A stretch of DNA of 62,869 bases, filler included, from Collodictyon triciliatum (taxonomy: Eukaryota): the NCBI GenBank assembly GCA_043381765.1. It is 9 parts of 9 records of this genome, joined end to end, with 100 filler letters (N's around TTAATTAATTAA, not from the genome) between each part and the next. Parts side by side here need not be neighbours in the genome. Positions count along the whole stretch, not along the records: positions 43,564 to 50,715 come from JBHJMP010004035.1; positions 50,816 to 57,960 come from JBHJMP010004036.1; positions 58,061 to 62,869 come from JBHJMP010004197.1; 6 more parts are not named here. The stretch is one strand, 5' to 3'. The position numbers were made by a program, and so were the translations under genes. How positions within the stretch are numbered: position 1 is the stretch's first letter; every line of letters begins with the position of its first letter. Below the pieces are notes generated by a model, which saw nothing but the letters and a program-made list of their open reading frames with translations, searched no databases and was not told the origin of the DNA. Below, piece after piece: positions 43,464 through 62,869 of the stretch.

Positions 43464-44488
43464 NNNNNNNNNNNNNNNNNNNNNNNNNNNNNNNNNNNNN
43501 NNNNNNNTTAATTAATTAANNNNNNNNNNNNNNNNNNNNNNNNNNNNNNNNNNNNNNNNNNNNGTGGCGCACAACGGTGCCGCTCGTCTCATCATCCGGT
43601 CTGCTCGTCTCGACGCTGCCCATGATGTCTCTTTCTCTCCATCTCTCTTCCCGCATCGCGCAAGCTCCGTCCTCCTCCTGTTCTTTCCTCATGCTTACCC
43701 TACTTTTTTATTTCTTCTTCCTCTTATTCGTTTATCCATTGCGCGGATTGCTGTGCTTGGGTGATGTCTGTTGACGTGCTTAATTGACCGCAACCATCTC
43801 CCAGCAGCTTCACAGCAAAACAAAGTCAGTCTTTCCTAAGTCCTAACACACGAAAGCACCGCCATATAAACAAGCCGCATGAAGTCCTCATCCCAGACGC
43901 TCAACGCCCATCCGACTTGTCCACTCCCGACATTGACGCACACAGAACTTGGCAACAGCACCTACTCCTTCGTTTCATTTCCTGCTGCATCACACTGCCA
44001 CACATTAGCAATCGGGTTGATGTTAAGATACGCCTCACGCGAAAGCATGAGCTAGAAAAGCGGCCAACCAACAGAGAAGCGAGATTCTCCGAAAGGACTC
44101 CTCGTTCGGGAATTTTCTACAAATGCGGAATTTAAATATTTACCTCCAAATGCTGGCAATTTGTCCCACATACACCACTTTTGATATAAAAAAATACACA
44201 AATATTCATGACCTACTAGAATCTGGTATAATTAACCCTGCGTGTTGTTACCTCGCAAGACTGGAGAATCATGTTTGCTTCACCGTGGTTCCACACCCAA
44301 CAAAGAGATGCTCAGGCTCTGCAATTGCTATTAATGCCTGCCTCATATTTCTCTTTTCAAGTGGGATGGAACAGACAGATATGGAGAGAGACAAATCCAC
44401 AGGCGAACAAAGGAGATCCACAAATATCCGCTTGGTTCTGTCGCACATCCTTACAGACTTATCGCTCTTGCCTCAGGTTGCACTCTTC

Positions 44489-46010
44489 ATGACAACGCCA
44501 GCTGAGTTTGGAACGCTTCTTGAGCAGGTGCGGGCGATAGTAAGGGATTCGGACATAGCAACACTTCAGAACCGCACGTCATTAAGTCTAAACAGGAAAA
44601 ACCTGCGCTTTATTCCGCATGGAATCTTCCAGCTGACCAGCCTAATACGCTTGTATCTTTCTTGGAATGTGTTGTCTTCACTACCACCAGAAATATCTTG
44701 TTTGACAGGACTTACGTGGCTTTTTATACGTGACAACAATCTTTCATCGCTGCCACAAGAAATATCATGTCTGACCAACCTCAAGGAGCTTAACATAAGC
44801 AGCAATGAAGTCTCAGCTTTGCCACCAGAGATATCGAGCTTGACAAACCTCGAAGAGCTTTACCTTTATTCAAATCCTGTATGATTTTTGGACAAATTAT
44901 GAAAATAAATAACAATCATACCAATAATAAACTACAATATCACCAATAATGTTACAATCATAAAATTACGGCTTCAGTAGAAATGCTACTCACTTTTTAA
45001 AAAAAATATAGATGGAAGAACTTCCCCTCCAAATCACAATGCTGACAAATTTAAAGAAGCTTTGGATACAAAGCAGCCATAGAAAGGTGATTATCAGAGC
45101 ACCACGCGGAATTACAGCTCTTCCATGCTATTCGAATCTAGAGTATATTGACTGCGATTGTATTCGTTCACTGCAGCTGTACGAAACGGTACAAATTAAA
45201 TATTAAGTACACTTAAAAACTATACTAATACAATATGTACAGATTGAATCGGCAGTGAATCCAAGGTGGACACCATCCCAGCATCAAATCAGATTTGTGT
45301 CTCTCAGTTTGTATGGAATGAATCTAACGAAACTGCCAGAGAGTATATCCCTTTTGCAGAGCCTGACTTATCTAAATCTAGCAAGAAATAGAGTAATATG
45401 TTAATGTTACTATCTATCTATCTATTTACTTAGTTACTTATTTAATTATTATGCTGTTTACTTCGGAACTAAATTTGGTTTGCACTTTATCTTATGGTGT
45501 ACTGTCTGAATCGAAATAGCTCCACGAGCTTTCTGAACATGTTTGCTGCATTTCTTCGATTCTTTATCTAGACGTATCTCATAATAAGGTTCTATACAAT
45601 TCTTTGCGAAAAATACATCCAAATCATTTTTTCGCACATTTTGAAAGCTGCATGAGCAGATGAATCCACAAAAATCTTCTGTCACTTATATTTTTCAAGT
45701 ATATATAAAAATAGAATTGACACCTTATACCATCTTGCAAAAACTGAAAGGAAGAATAAAAATCAACAGAAGACTCAAGATTATCATTTTTGTGACGTAG
45801 ATTGCTATAATCCCTGAGACTGTCAACCGACTTTATAATCTTCAAAAATTGGATGTCACTTACAACTCGGTAGGATAAAATAGCAAAGTTGCTTTGGAGA
45901 AAAATCAAGAATGAATGGTTATCAAAATCAGCTTTTATGTATATTATAGTTCTTTTCAAATCATTTTGTGCTAAATAACATAGATAATCAAGCTACCAGA
46001 CTTCTCGTAG
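44489..46010 (+). CDS. LRR-only protein, paralogous at its N-terminus to the LRR-kinase; exons 44489-44878, 45012-45188, 45243-45392, 45520-45588, 45801-45869, 45984-46010
   Basis: All introns are phase-0 GT-AG. Two 69-nt single-LRR exons (LHELSEHVCCISSILYLDVSHNK; IAIIPETVNRLYNLQKLDVTYNS) are absent from the ORF track. The last exon IIKLPDFS* is tentative. Confidence 0.78.
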
Positions 46011-46780
46011 ATTAAACAAACACAATAAATCCATCGGAATTCCATTTATCCTTGAAAACTAGCTGAGTGTAACGCAAAGTCTGACAAAAATACATGTGTA
46101 AAAAAGAAGGGGAAAAGGCCGGATTAAATAGTACTCTGTAATTTTGCTGTGCATTGATGATTTCATTTACAACAGGCAGAGCAGATGATAATATTTTGAT
46201 TTTAAGCGTCATGCATATTATTTTAGTATACACCTCCTCAACTTCTGTTTTGTCCATTTTGTGCCATAATTCGGATTTCACTTATCATCTCAAGCACTTT
46301 ACGGGAGAAAATCAAAGTAACAAAAACATCATTCTATTCGAAACGCGCTATATCTATTCAACAATCGTGGAGTAGAATTATGATGTGATATACTCACTTT
46401 TATATTGAGTGAATTTGATTCACTATACCCTGATGCACTATCCAAGTCGGAAGTTGGCCCTAAAACTAACCGTGGTAATTAAATCATGCATAATTCTCTG
46501 CATTCGCGGAGCAGCAACTACATGTCGGTGGAACCAACTTTCAACCCGAGACTTCGAGTCAGTTTAGAGAGCGATTGAAGAACCCTAAGGCCAAAAATAG
46601 CAGTAAGTCGGATTACAGGACCTAGAGTACGGCCAACTGGGCACAACAGATTGTGTAAGTCATGTGCATGAGGTAACTACATGGCAACAGACAAGTCAGA
46701 TTGAGCAAGTCGGTACATAAGCCTAATGTGGTTTTGGTGGAGGTGAAAGAATCGAATAACTTAACTGTTCTTTTTTATAT

Positions 46781-47053
46781 TTTCTTTCAATTTTGTGCAG
46801 AATGATGGAGATGTTGGCTTTGGTTCGCTAGCCATTGTTGGCATGGATGCTTCTTGTTGACCGGGTGGCAGAGAAGTAGTCGGTAATCAGGAATTACATC
46901 CTGCGGTTTGGCCTGTAGGGGTCTTGTGCTTGCATGAGAGAGACAAGGCGAGGTTTAATATCTTTCTCGGCTTCATTATCACATGTCTCTTCTCACGGGG
47001 TCGGAGTAGTAGAGAACGTGCGGGTGGCGAAGGAGCTGTTGAGAAAAGATATT
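46781..47053. repeat. Dispersed repeat, copy 2 (intergenic)
   Basis: Shares sequence blocks with 18750-18893. Confidence 0.65.
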
Positions 47054-47719
47054 TGTGTGATGTCATTTAACCTGTTATCAGGAATGAGTGGCTGGTTGTT
47101 GAGTCTTGCTTTGCGTGAGTATATGCGTGCTATTCACATAGTCCATAGTTGAATTAAGTAGGATATAACCAGAAAGCTTTGGATACTCAAATATGATTCT
47201 TTTAAGTGAGATGTTATTAAGAAATATTCTGATGAACGAGACACAATTGACACATGTGCTTTCAAAGTTGATTTTGTAAAAGTATAAATGATAAGTGGGC
47301 TATTCGAGATGAATCGGTGAGGGAGACACCGAAACCGTTTATTTTGTATGTATATGGGTTTGCAAACACGATTTCTTCACCCTGTTAATTTTTTTTCAAT
47401 CAAGAAAAGAGAAAGAGAAAAAAAAAGAAGAAAACAAAGGCTCGCATTTTTTTTAAAAGGTGTGGTTGTGTGCTGAATGGATAATTGCTCAATCAGAGCC
47501 ATGATGCCTTGAATCCTTTGCAATAAAGATGAATTAACAAATGAGTTAAATGAGAAAGAAATAGTTTTTTAAAAACGTATTATGTTCCCAATTATTCAGT
47601 TGTTATATCGACATACTCTCACAATTTAAAGATAATTATATTCTTTTAGAAATTAGCAAAATATAGAAAGGGAGGTTTTATTCAAGACGATTTTGATACA
47701 GGCAAACAAACCTGATATA

Positions 47720-49517
47720 TCAGTCCAAACTGAAGTTTTCAGGATATTCAAAAAGGGGAGAAAGTTTGTTTGAAACTTGTGTCATATCCAACATCTTGCA
47801 CATATCTTTTTGTGATCCAGCAGCAGGGTCTTCTCGTGTACAGACAGGAGGTGGGAGAGTGGACTGAAACGTTCGAATCTCTTTCTCTATCGCCTGTCTG
47901 GATTGATACCTGCGCATTAAAAAGTTGATGCTATTGTTATGTTTGTTTACTTGCTATGACATTGAAAATGTTCAAAGTATGCCACCAGCTTTCAAAGAAG
48001 AGAAATGGTATGATATATAACCTTTTCATTAGTCTTTCGTTAAGCTTTGTCTCAACGTATGAATGTAATTTCATATCACAATTAAGCTTTCTAAGGAAAC
48101 ATGTGTTAGCTGAAATACAGCAGAGACCATCATTAACGCACTGTAATTTCTTACTTTTCAACAACAGCGCGAAACCTGGCGTCTATATCCTCAGGTTTGG
48201 TTGCACCTTTCGTCACCTCAATATCACATGTAAAATTAGCTAAACCCCCAATTAAATTATTCATGTATATATGATTTAAATAACTTTCTTGTATATTCCA
48301 TAATACAGCAAGCAATGCAATTTCTCTCATCGGCACATATACTATTAAAGAAAAGTCACTTTCTTTCTATTGTAGACTACTGTGTCTATCTGATATTCAT
48401 CCCTCAATAATAAAAGGCCATAGTCAAACATTTCCGTTGGTATTATTAAGTCAAGAGAGTCTACAATTGTCGGTATATCCTTTTTTATATGAATTAACAT
48501 TAAAAAAAAAAAGCTACGTTTGTACATGAAAATTAACAGATAAAATGACTAAAAAAATTTTTCTTAAAAAAAAAACAAAAAACAAACGTAACGAGATGAT
48601 ATGTAATTAATTTTATGAATGAATTCACGCTAACAAATATTATGGGCGAAGAATTTATTTTTTTTGATGTTCAATTATTCAGACTTACAGACACGTCAAC
48701 AATACCAAGCGAATGACATTGGGTTTCTAGTCCGTTTTTTTTCACAGACTTTGTCAAGTATTTTGCAAATGTCATATGAGGAACAATCCCTTCAGAGGCT
48801 ATTCCCCGATGAAGAAAAAAATAGCTTGACACGAGTCTATCGAATGGATTTCTCACTACACTAAAATAGAAGTACTGGCCGCCTAGTTTCTAAAAACATT
48901 TGCTCGGTTAAAAATGATAAATTCATCACATAGGGTTGAAGCATGTAAAAATAAATATAAATAGAGGAAACCTGACAGATAGTGTATATTATGAATTAAA
49001 TTAGACACAAAACCATGTATTTTCTTGAGAAAAAGTGGAAGGTAATAATCGATTAGTTTTGTTAATATATATAGATAAAAACAGACCTTACGAAGCATGG
49101 GATAAGAAAAATGTCCGTAGATGACATCATATTGTTGGATATATTCCATTTTTTTAATCATGGGAATTAGCTTTGCAGCTTGGAATGCAGGAACAATGCT
49201 GCTGATGTTATTTTTTTTCTAATTCTTTATAGTTTAGTGAATCGCTCTCCTGGCATTATCAAAAACATAACTGCGTGATATATCTCGACAATAATAAGTG
49301 TGTCTGTAGTATTATATGGAGAACGAAATTGGAAGGTTTTTGTGTAGTATTGATCTTGTGAAGGATCGACTTACGCAATAATTCAACAAAATGTGTCTGA
49401 AGGTGGTTCCGTCAGTCTTTTGCAGGTGAGAAAATGCTATTTTCCGTGGAGGAAGCACGCCTACATATCAATTAATCACATGTGCAAACTTTACCCGTTT
49501 CCTTAAAATTAAAAAAG

Positions 49518-49616
<99 letters not shown>

Positions 49617-50183
49617 ACATAAATATTAGACCCGTTAAAGGATAAATAGGTATCGCATCTGATGAAATGATATGATAAAATAAAACAAGATAAAACTATA
49701 AAAAAAAAAAGAGGGGAATGACGGAAGTAGTGGCTGATGATAGTAGATAGAGAAGACATTAGGAGACCTTATTCAGAGGAGATAAAAATGGCTCTCAAAT
49801 GATAGCATATCAAGCGGATTTCAAATAAAGAGTTCCATACGCTTGTCGTCATCCTTTGAAAAGTCGATTCCGTCGTACCAAACACGCCTTTTCTGGCGCT
49901 TGGCTGTCTTTTCCTTTGGAACCTTTGGATTCTTGGCCATGACAAGACCGTTATTTTCTGGTTTGTCTATGAGGTCTTTCTTTTCAACCAGTTTGTTAAC
50001 TCGGTTGACACCATAAGCGAGGCTGTTATTCGTCAACAAGCTCACTTTGGATGGGGCGAATCTCCTCATAACTTCTTGTTGCCTGCCCTCCGGCCCAATG
50101 GGAATAGCGTCATGTACCACTGCGTTATATTCAGTGCAGAGGAAAAGAAAGGACACTAGAAATAGAAAAGCAGCGAGCTGCAT
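47720..50183 (-). CDS. Type II membrane (Golgi-type) sulfotransferase, multi-exon
   Basis: Signal anchor MQLAAFLFLVSFLFLC; 5'-PSB-like IAFSHLQKTDGTTFRHIL; YDVIYGHF; 3'-PB-like MRNPFDRLVSSYFF. Confidence 0.82.
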
Positions 50184-50448
50184 GAAGTTGCCTCTGCAAT
50201 GACGGAGTTTCCAAACTGCGCTTTCCAGGTATGAGGACTTGTCTTTTCGGAAACTACAGAGCCAATAATCATGCATTCATGAAAGGAAGGGTGAGATGTG
50301 TTCACCAAGAACAGGAGAAGCGCTTCATTCCATTTTTGCTACAGAGTTGGGAGGAATTGGGTTGTGCTCTGAAAGTGAAAACTTTTTCCTTCGCCGAGCC
50401 CGCTGATGAAAGTTAGCTTTCAACAAAAAGAAATATTTGGCGTGGCGC

Positions 50449-50541
<93 letters not shown>

Positions 50542-50857
50542 ATCATGAGATTCATCTGGCCTTAGAGATCCGAAAGTCTATTTTAGGTTTATTTGGCTTA
50601 TGCTTCCTGATTTTTTTTTAACATTCTATTCTTTTGTGGTTTTATATTGCGCTAGGTTCTTTTTTGTGCTTTTGCTTTTGCTTTTTGCTTTTGCTTTTTC
50701 TTTTTCTTTTTCTTCNNNNNNNNNNNNNNNNNNNNNNNNNNNNNNNNNNNNNNNNNNNNTTAATTAATTAANNNNNNNNNNNNNNNNNNNNNNNNNNNNN
50801 NNNNNNNNNNNNNNNTTTTTTGCAAGGTCCAAAATCCTTTCTCTTTGTGCCAGACTA

Positions 50858-56797
<5,940 letters not shown>

Positions 56798-58064
56798 ATT
56801 GATTTTTGCACTTATTTGACAAAGTCTTGGCCGACTCCTAATTTTATTATTATTCGTAAATATAGTTAACAAAATAGAATAATACGTGTGAGTGTTTTTC
56901 TATGAAAAAAAATCAAGCAACTTGTATGGCATAAATCTGATTCACTTGATATAGGACTTATCTCCGCCATTAACCGACGAATGGCCCATCTTTAGGTGGT
57001 CCTTACCAAATAAGATTATTGTTACAAAATGTTGCAGTTGAATGGTTTGTCATCAGGGTTAATTTGTCGTTTATTAAAATACTTTGTTTTCTGTAATTAT
57101 CATTTTGTTATTATTATTATTTTTACTATTACTATTACTATTATACGGGTCAACACTCAATGTGCAACTACCAGTTTTATGAATTTTATTGTAAGTTTAT
57201 GTTCGTATATATTGTCGTTTAAATATAATATTATTCTTACTATTCTTAGGAATTGTACTTTAGGTACACAGGCGCAGTTTTCACTCGAAAGTGCTTCGGA
57301 TGGCTGAAATGACAGAATACAAAGATTTTTTTTTTTTTGGTGTGGGTATTTGTTGTTTCACGTGAGCTAGAAAAAGGCCTTGTGATGGATAATTCACTGC
57401 TGCAGTTTTTAACAATAACAATAACAACAATAATAGTAATATTAAAGGGTAAAAATAACTAATACAATAATAACTATTAGATAAGGATAAAGCTGTTCCA
57501 GTGCGAATAAAACACCGTCATTACTTTTCTCTGAATAATTTTTCGAGACAGCTTTCATTTTAATGAAAGAGTTTGCATCAATCCATCATTTTTAGCTTCA
57601 TCTTTTACATTATTTATTTATTAATCAATTTATTTTGTTTTGAGTTGTATGTCGTGTGCCTGTGTGCCTGTGTGTCTGTGTGTCTGTGTGTCTGTGTGTT
57701 TGTTTCTTTACTTATACACTCTCTGCCATCCCCTGATTGTCCTTCGTGGCAACTGTATGGATCAATTTCGATCGAAGTTCATTGAAATTGATATTCTCAA
57801 TATGGTAAAAAAATTGATTGCCATTTGTAGCTTCATCACATAGCGATGTCCTTAAATCCAGCAAATGCATACATACATACATACATACATACATACATAC
57901 ATACATACATACATACATACATACATACATACATACATACATACATACATACATACATACNNNNNNNNNNNNNNNNNNNNNNNNNNNNNNNNNNNNNNNN
58001 NNNNTTAATTAATTAANNNNNNNNNNNNNNNNNNNNNNNNNNNNNNNNNNNNNNNNNNNNTGTA

Positions 58065-58159
<95 letters not shown>

Positions 58160-58253
58160 ATGTGTATATGTATATGAGGCATAGAAACGCATTGCCAAAC
58201 CTGACTCGAATATTTATTTTTTTTACCGCCGGTTCTCACTTTCTCACTGCACA

Positions 58254-60333
58254 ATGTCCTCTGCACGATCCATAGCGCCTGTACGGAGACTCTGCAAAGG
58301 AGGTGAGTGTCCCGCTTCTGGCTCCTCCCCTTTAATCTGCCTTTTCTTCTCTTTCAGCTTCTTCGTAAGTCCACAAGTGCGCCGGTCTCATGACCCCCTC
58401 TGCTCGTTCGCACGTCCTTGTGGGTGGGCGTCTCTGTGCTTGTTAAAACTGCACGCAAAAAGAACTGCATTAGTACTCAAATGCAACGCAACCATGTGTC
58501 TAGCTCCACAAGACCCCCTTCTATGAGGCTCACCTGCAGTACGGCGGCAAGGTCGTCGACTTCGAGGGTTGGGCCCTTCCTGTCCAGTATAAGGACACCA
58601 TCACAGAGTCTGTCCTGCACTGCCGCACAAATGCCTCCCTTTTTGATGTCTCGCACATGGGCCAGCTCAAGTGGGTTCCTCAGCCGCATCCTCCGCTTCT
58701 TTCGCTCCTTGGCCTCTCTTTCTTTCGTATCGGCCGTCGCAGCTACCTTTGCGTGGCAAAGCATATCTAGCCTCACCTTCGTTGTATTAGTACAAAACCG
58801 CCGACATTCTCGAAGCTTTCTTTTCACTCCTCATCGTATTTTCTTTCCTTTTCCTTTTTTTTTTTGGTAATGGAATAAACGATGTTATGTTATTAACCAA
58901 ATGACGGCTTTTTGACTCACCTGCCCACCACGGGATTCTACTCCAGGTTCAAGGGGAAAGATGCTATCGACTTCCTGGAGACGCTGCTACCGCTAGACAT
59001 TAAGAAGATGCAAGTTGGTGAAACTAAATACAACTTTTTCACAAATGAAGAAGGAGGAATCGAGGATGATACAATTGTTACCAAGTGAGTGTTTGCACGA
59101 TTAGCAAGTTTAACATACACAATTGTATTCTGAATGCTTTACATGCGTTTATGTGTGTCTGTGAAACTGCTACAATTTTAACATGAATCGATCATTTCTT
59201 TCCCATTGGCCTTGGTGGTGCTTACAGACATGACGACCACTTGTACGTCGTGGTTAATGCCGGATGCTTCCAAAAAGATGTGCAGCACATAAAAAAGAAC
59301 CTTGCTGTATACACTGCAACGGGCAAGGATGTCTCCTTTGAAATCCTTAGCCAGCATGCACTTCTTGCCCTGCAAGGTTTTTTAAACAGCTCCCCCATAC
59401 TCCGGACACCCTCTTCCTTCTATGATATAACTGTATTTCACAAGCTGCCACACATATTCATACATGTAATTATTTATTTATTTACCTAAGCTCCATCATA
59501 TTGCCCTTGAATGTTTCATTCAGCATCGCTCATGGCGCTGAATCCTTCCCCTTATTTTTTTTTCTTGCTGTTAAAAAAAATATCAATTAAGTTGCGAAAT
59601 TACTTATCTTGTTTGTAGGACCGACTGCCGCCTCCGTTCTTCAGCGTTTTGTATCTGCTGACCTGTCAAAAATGAACTTCATGACCGGAGCTTACACAAA
59701 GTTCCGTGGTGATGTCGATGTTCTCGTAACACGCTGCGGTTATACAGGAGAAGATGGATTTGAAGTATGTTTTCTCTCACATAACGTTCCATAAAAAGAC
59801 ATTTGATTCTTTGGAGGAGCATTACAATTAGTTTCTAACATTGTATACACATATCAAATACGTTAACAATAAGAATATACACATATATGTTAAAAAGGCA
59901 ACTGTAATGAACAATCACCTTGTCAGATCTCTATCCCAGTCCCTGCTGCCAACGATGTCTTCCATGGACTTCTGAAAGAGTCTGAAGTTCGTGCCGCTGG
60001 TCTCGGGGCTCGTGACTGCTTGAGACTTGAAGGTGGCCTTTGTCTGTATGGGCATGACCTGAATCCCAGCATTACTCCAGTCGAAGCTTCTCTTGTCTGG
60101 GCAATCAGTAAGCTGTCATATTCCCACCCAAGTCATAAAGGAACACTAAATCAAGATATTTTGTTGTTCTGACCACCATTTACCCATGAATTGCCCTTGC
60201 CTTGATAGGTGAAAGAAGGAGAAAGGAAGGTGGATTCCTCGGTGACTCTGTGGTTCTGTCACAGTTAAAGGACGGTGTTGGAGTGAAACGCGTCGGTCTC
60301 CTCATCGACGGCCCACCAGCTAGAGGTACATCG

Positions 60334-60388
<55 letters not shown>

Positions 60389-61006
60389 GAAAACCAGCCA
60401 GCACCATCAACCAGCCATATTCTCACTATAAGTGCTACTTGCTCAATCTTTGACGCACTACAGAGATTGTTAGTTCCACAATCTACATTCCCATTTAAAA
60501 CTCAAAGATAAAGTAAATGAATACCATACAATCAATAATGCCCTGGCCACATCCTAACATCATGGCTATCGCAGAAAAGTGTGAAGTGTACAGTGCAGCT
60601 GATTCAACAAACAAGATAGGTGCGTCCCACCATTCCATACATTAACTTAACTATATTAGACACTCCCTCTGAACTTTATGAGTAAAAAAAAAAAATCTTG
60701 TGCACATAATGAAGTTGAATCGATTCATCAATGAAATAGAGACCATGATTACATCTCTTCCATAGAAACGAGCCTCTTTGTCTCATTTTAACTAATCTGA
60801 AATCTATAGGCGAAGTTTGCAGTGGCACTTTCAGCCCCAACCTCAAGAAACCAATCTCCATGGCTTACATCGATTCGCAATCTGCCAAGGTGGGAACAGA
60901 CGTGAAGGTCTCTGTCCGTGGCCGCCTGGTTGATGCCAAAATAACCCCGATGCCTTTCATCAAGCACAAGTACTACAAGGTTCCGAAGCCCGCCGCTTCG
61001 TCATAA
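58254..61006 (+). CDS. gcvT: Mitochondrial glycine cleavage system T protein (aminomethyltransferase)
   Basis: Arg/Ser-rich transit peptide; LHKTPFY...[10 protein letters not shown]...[83 protein letters not shown] at 61004-61006. Confidence 0.97.
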
Positions 61007-61176
61007 GCAGCAAATAACCAGACATTCCAGATGAAAACCTGAAATAAAGCACCCCGATTATTCTAAAATCCTTCACTACCGGCCTATTTTCTTTTTTTTT
61101 TCTTTCTTTCTTTATGTTTTTTTCCCCCCAAACTAAAGTTGATTGAATTAGAGTGATAGACGCGTGATGTGCTCAT

Positions 61177-61225
<49 letters not shown>

Positions 61226-61990
61226 GACACCGGGGAAACAAAAAAAAAAAAAAAAAAACGAGAGAAATAAAGGGAGACCCCTGCCGACCATCTTGCCTTA
61301 AAGCTGAGTTGCTATGAAGCAATTCAGATTACGGGGATTTGATTACTCGTGGAAAAGAAAAACAAAAGATAATAACTGTCGGGTGTATTCCTTTGAGCTG
61401 CGGGCGCCTGAAACAAATCTGCGTCGGGGAAGGATTGTCGGAGGCCGGCGCCTTTGGTGGTTTTTTTTTCTTCAAGGCAAAGACCCGCACCCTCGAATTC
61501 CATGAATGCGCGCAGATACGAAGCCAGTCTGGCGACTTTTCTGTGTTGGCGAGATTTCCGGTGGGGTTGGATGCACCATTCACACAACTGAGATGACTTC
61601 TCCGTTGGACGTGTATAAATGGAGGCATCGCACATGCACATTAGAAAGTGGATGCTGATAACCAATAATCCTGGTCAGCACACCGAAGCAAACCCGACAA
61701 GACCAACGCAAACGCTGGCACACATACATGGGACAGTTTACCAAAGACATCCATTCACACCCTCTGCAAAGTGTTTGCACTACGCGGGAAAAAGACACCA
61801 ACATCTGCTAAAATTATTCAACACCTTTTTTTCTCCCTTTCATGGCGGGCGGAATTCTTAATGGGCAACAATAAGTCGGGAATAAATGCTCGGATGCCGA
61901 TTGTATCTAAGCGCCACGATAAAGCGCGACATTTATGAGTATGAGGCTCACTCTAATTAATCTTTTAAAGACATTTCGTTTCGGAGTAGA

Positions 61991-62728
61991 ATGAGCGTGA
62001 CTACAGACTTGATTCACCAAATAACGGAGCTGGAAAGGGCCAATCGTCTCCAGGAAGCAAAGCTTGGAGAAGAGCGGGATATGAATCAAAGAACCCAAAA
62101 GGAGCTGAATGAAGGTTTCAGACAAAGCTGCCAATATGTAAACTATGATATCTCAACCTACAGCCATTTTAACATCTGTACTCGAGACACATTTGATTAT
62201 ATTGCATGCTATCTTTTTATTTTTTGGATGATGTCAATATATACTTAATATAAAGTATATACTGATATCACGGAATATTTTTTTTATTTTAGCCCTGAGG
62301 AAAATCGACGAATGCAAGCAACAAGAGTTGCACTACTTGGAGAGAGTGGCAAGGGTTGAAAGCGAGCGTGATTCTCATTATCGAACAATCTCGCACCTGC
62401 AGGTAAATCATGTTGGCAAGCAGATGATGAATTCCATCAACAAATATCTTTTTTTTTTTTTTTTTTTTTTTTTGCCTCTTGAAATATCCAAAATTAATCG
62501 ATATGTCCTTTGGAATTATCAAGATGACTCTGAATGACAAGGTCCAGGAGAGCAATTTGCTTCGTCAAGGAGTCGAAATAGAGAAGCAGAACTTGCAAAA
62601 GAAGGTGTAAGTTGTGTGTTTATCCAGAGAAAGGGGATATTCGAAATCCAGAGTTAAATTAAATGCAAGTTTCAAATAAAATCTGAGAGCAAATATACTT
62701 TAGGGAGCAGCATATGCAAATGATTGAG
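61991..62728 (+). CDS. Coiled-coil protein, 3' partial
   Basis: Phase-compatible GT-AG exons with heptad-like E/Q/K/L-rich sequence; no family recognised. Confidence 0.55.
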
Positions 62729-62786
62729 GTAAAGAGATAAACCTGTCCGAATATTTCCAATGCAAACCGCTGCCCAGCCCAAATAC

Positions 62787-62822
<36 letters not shown>

Positions 62823-62869
62823 AAACAATTTTTTTTTAAAAAAATTGATATTAAATTGTGTGAATTTTT

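Noticed and set aside
45458-46281. Minus-strand ORFs as a mobile element inserted into the LRR gene
   Set aside because: No transposase or RT motif; the region is explained by + strand single-LRR exons and their introns.

Overview
Intron-dense eukaryotic (protist-like) genomic DNA using the standard genetic code. The window is not one locus. It is about nine ~7.15-kb scaffolds joined by artificial 100-nt spacers (N44-TTAATTAATTAA-N44), so adjacency across spacers is meaningless. Genes recognised by manual splicing and motif recall (no database search was possible): Rad7-like LRR protein, two-domain membrane adenylyl cyclase (5' partial), calponin-homology protein, PTPS, HDC1/Rxt3-like protein, LRR-kinase-SAM protein, PI4KA-like N-terminus, APC1 C-terminus, 3' half of a tRNA-Ser, TBC RabGAP, LRR-only protein, Golgi-type sulfotransferase, LRR/Cys-rich multi-TM receptor, GcvT, and a partial coiled-coil gene. 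The most notable observations are three. (1) A decayed, intronless Fanzor1-like (TnpB-related RNA-guided nuclease) relic at ~5.8-7.0 kb that the ORF track shows only as fragments. (2) A block of nine exact 69-nt phase-1 exons, one LRR each, inside a surface receptor. (3) A paralogous LRR cassette with identical intron positions that joins different C-termini (kinase-SAM versus more LRR exons). Items 2 and 3 together suggest an exon-modular, possibly immune-like LRR receptor repertoire.
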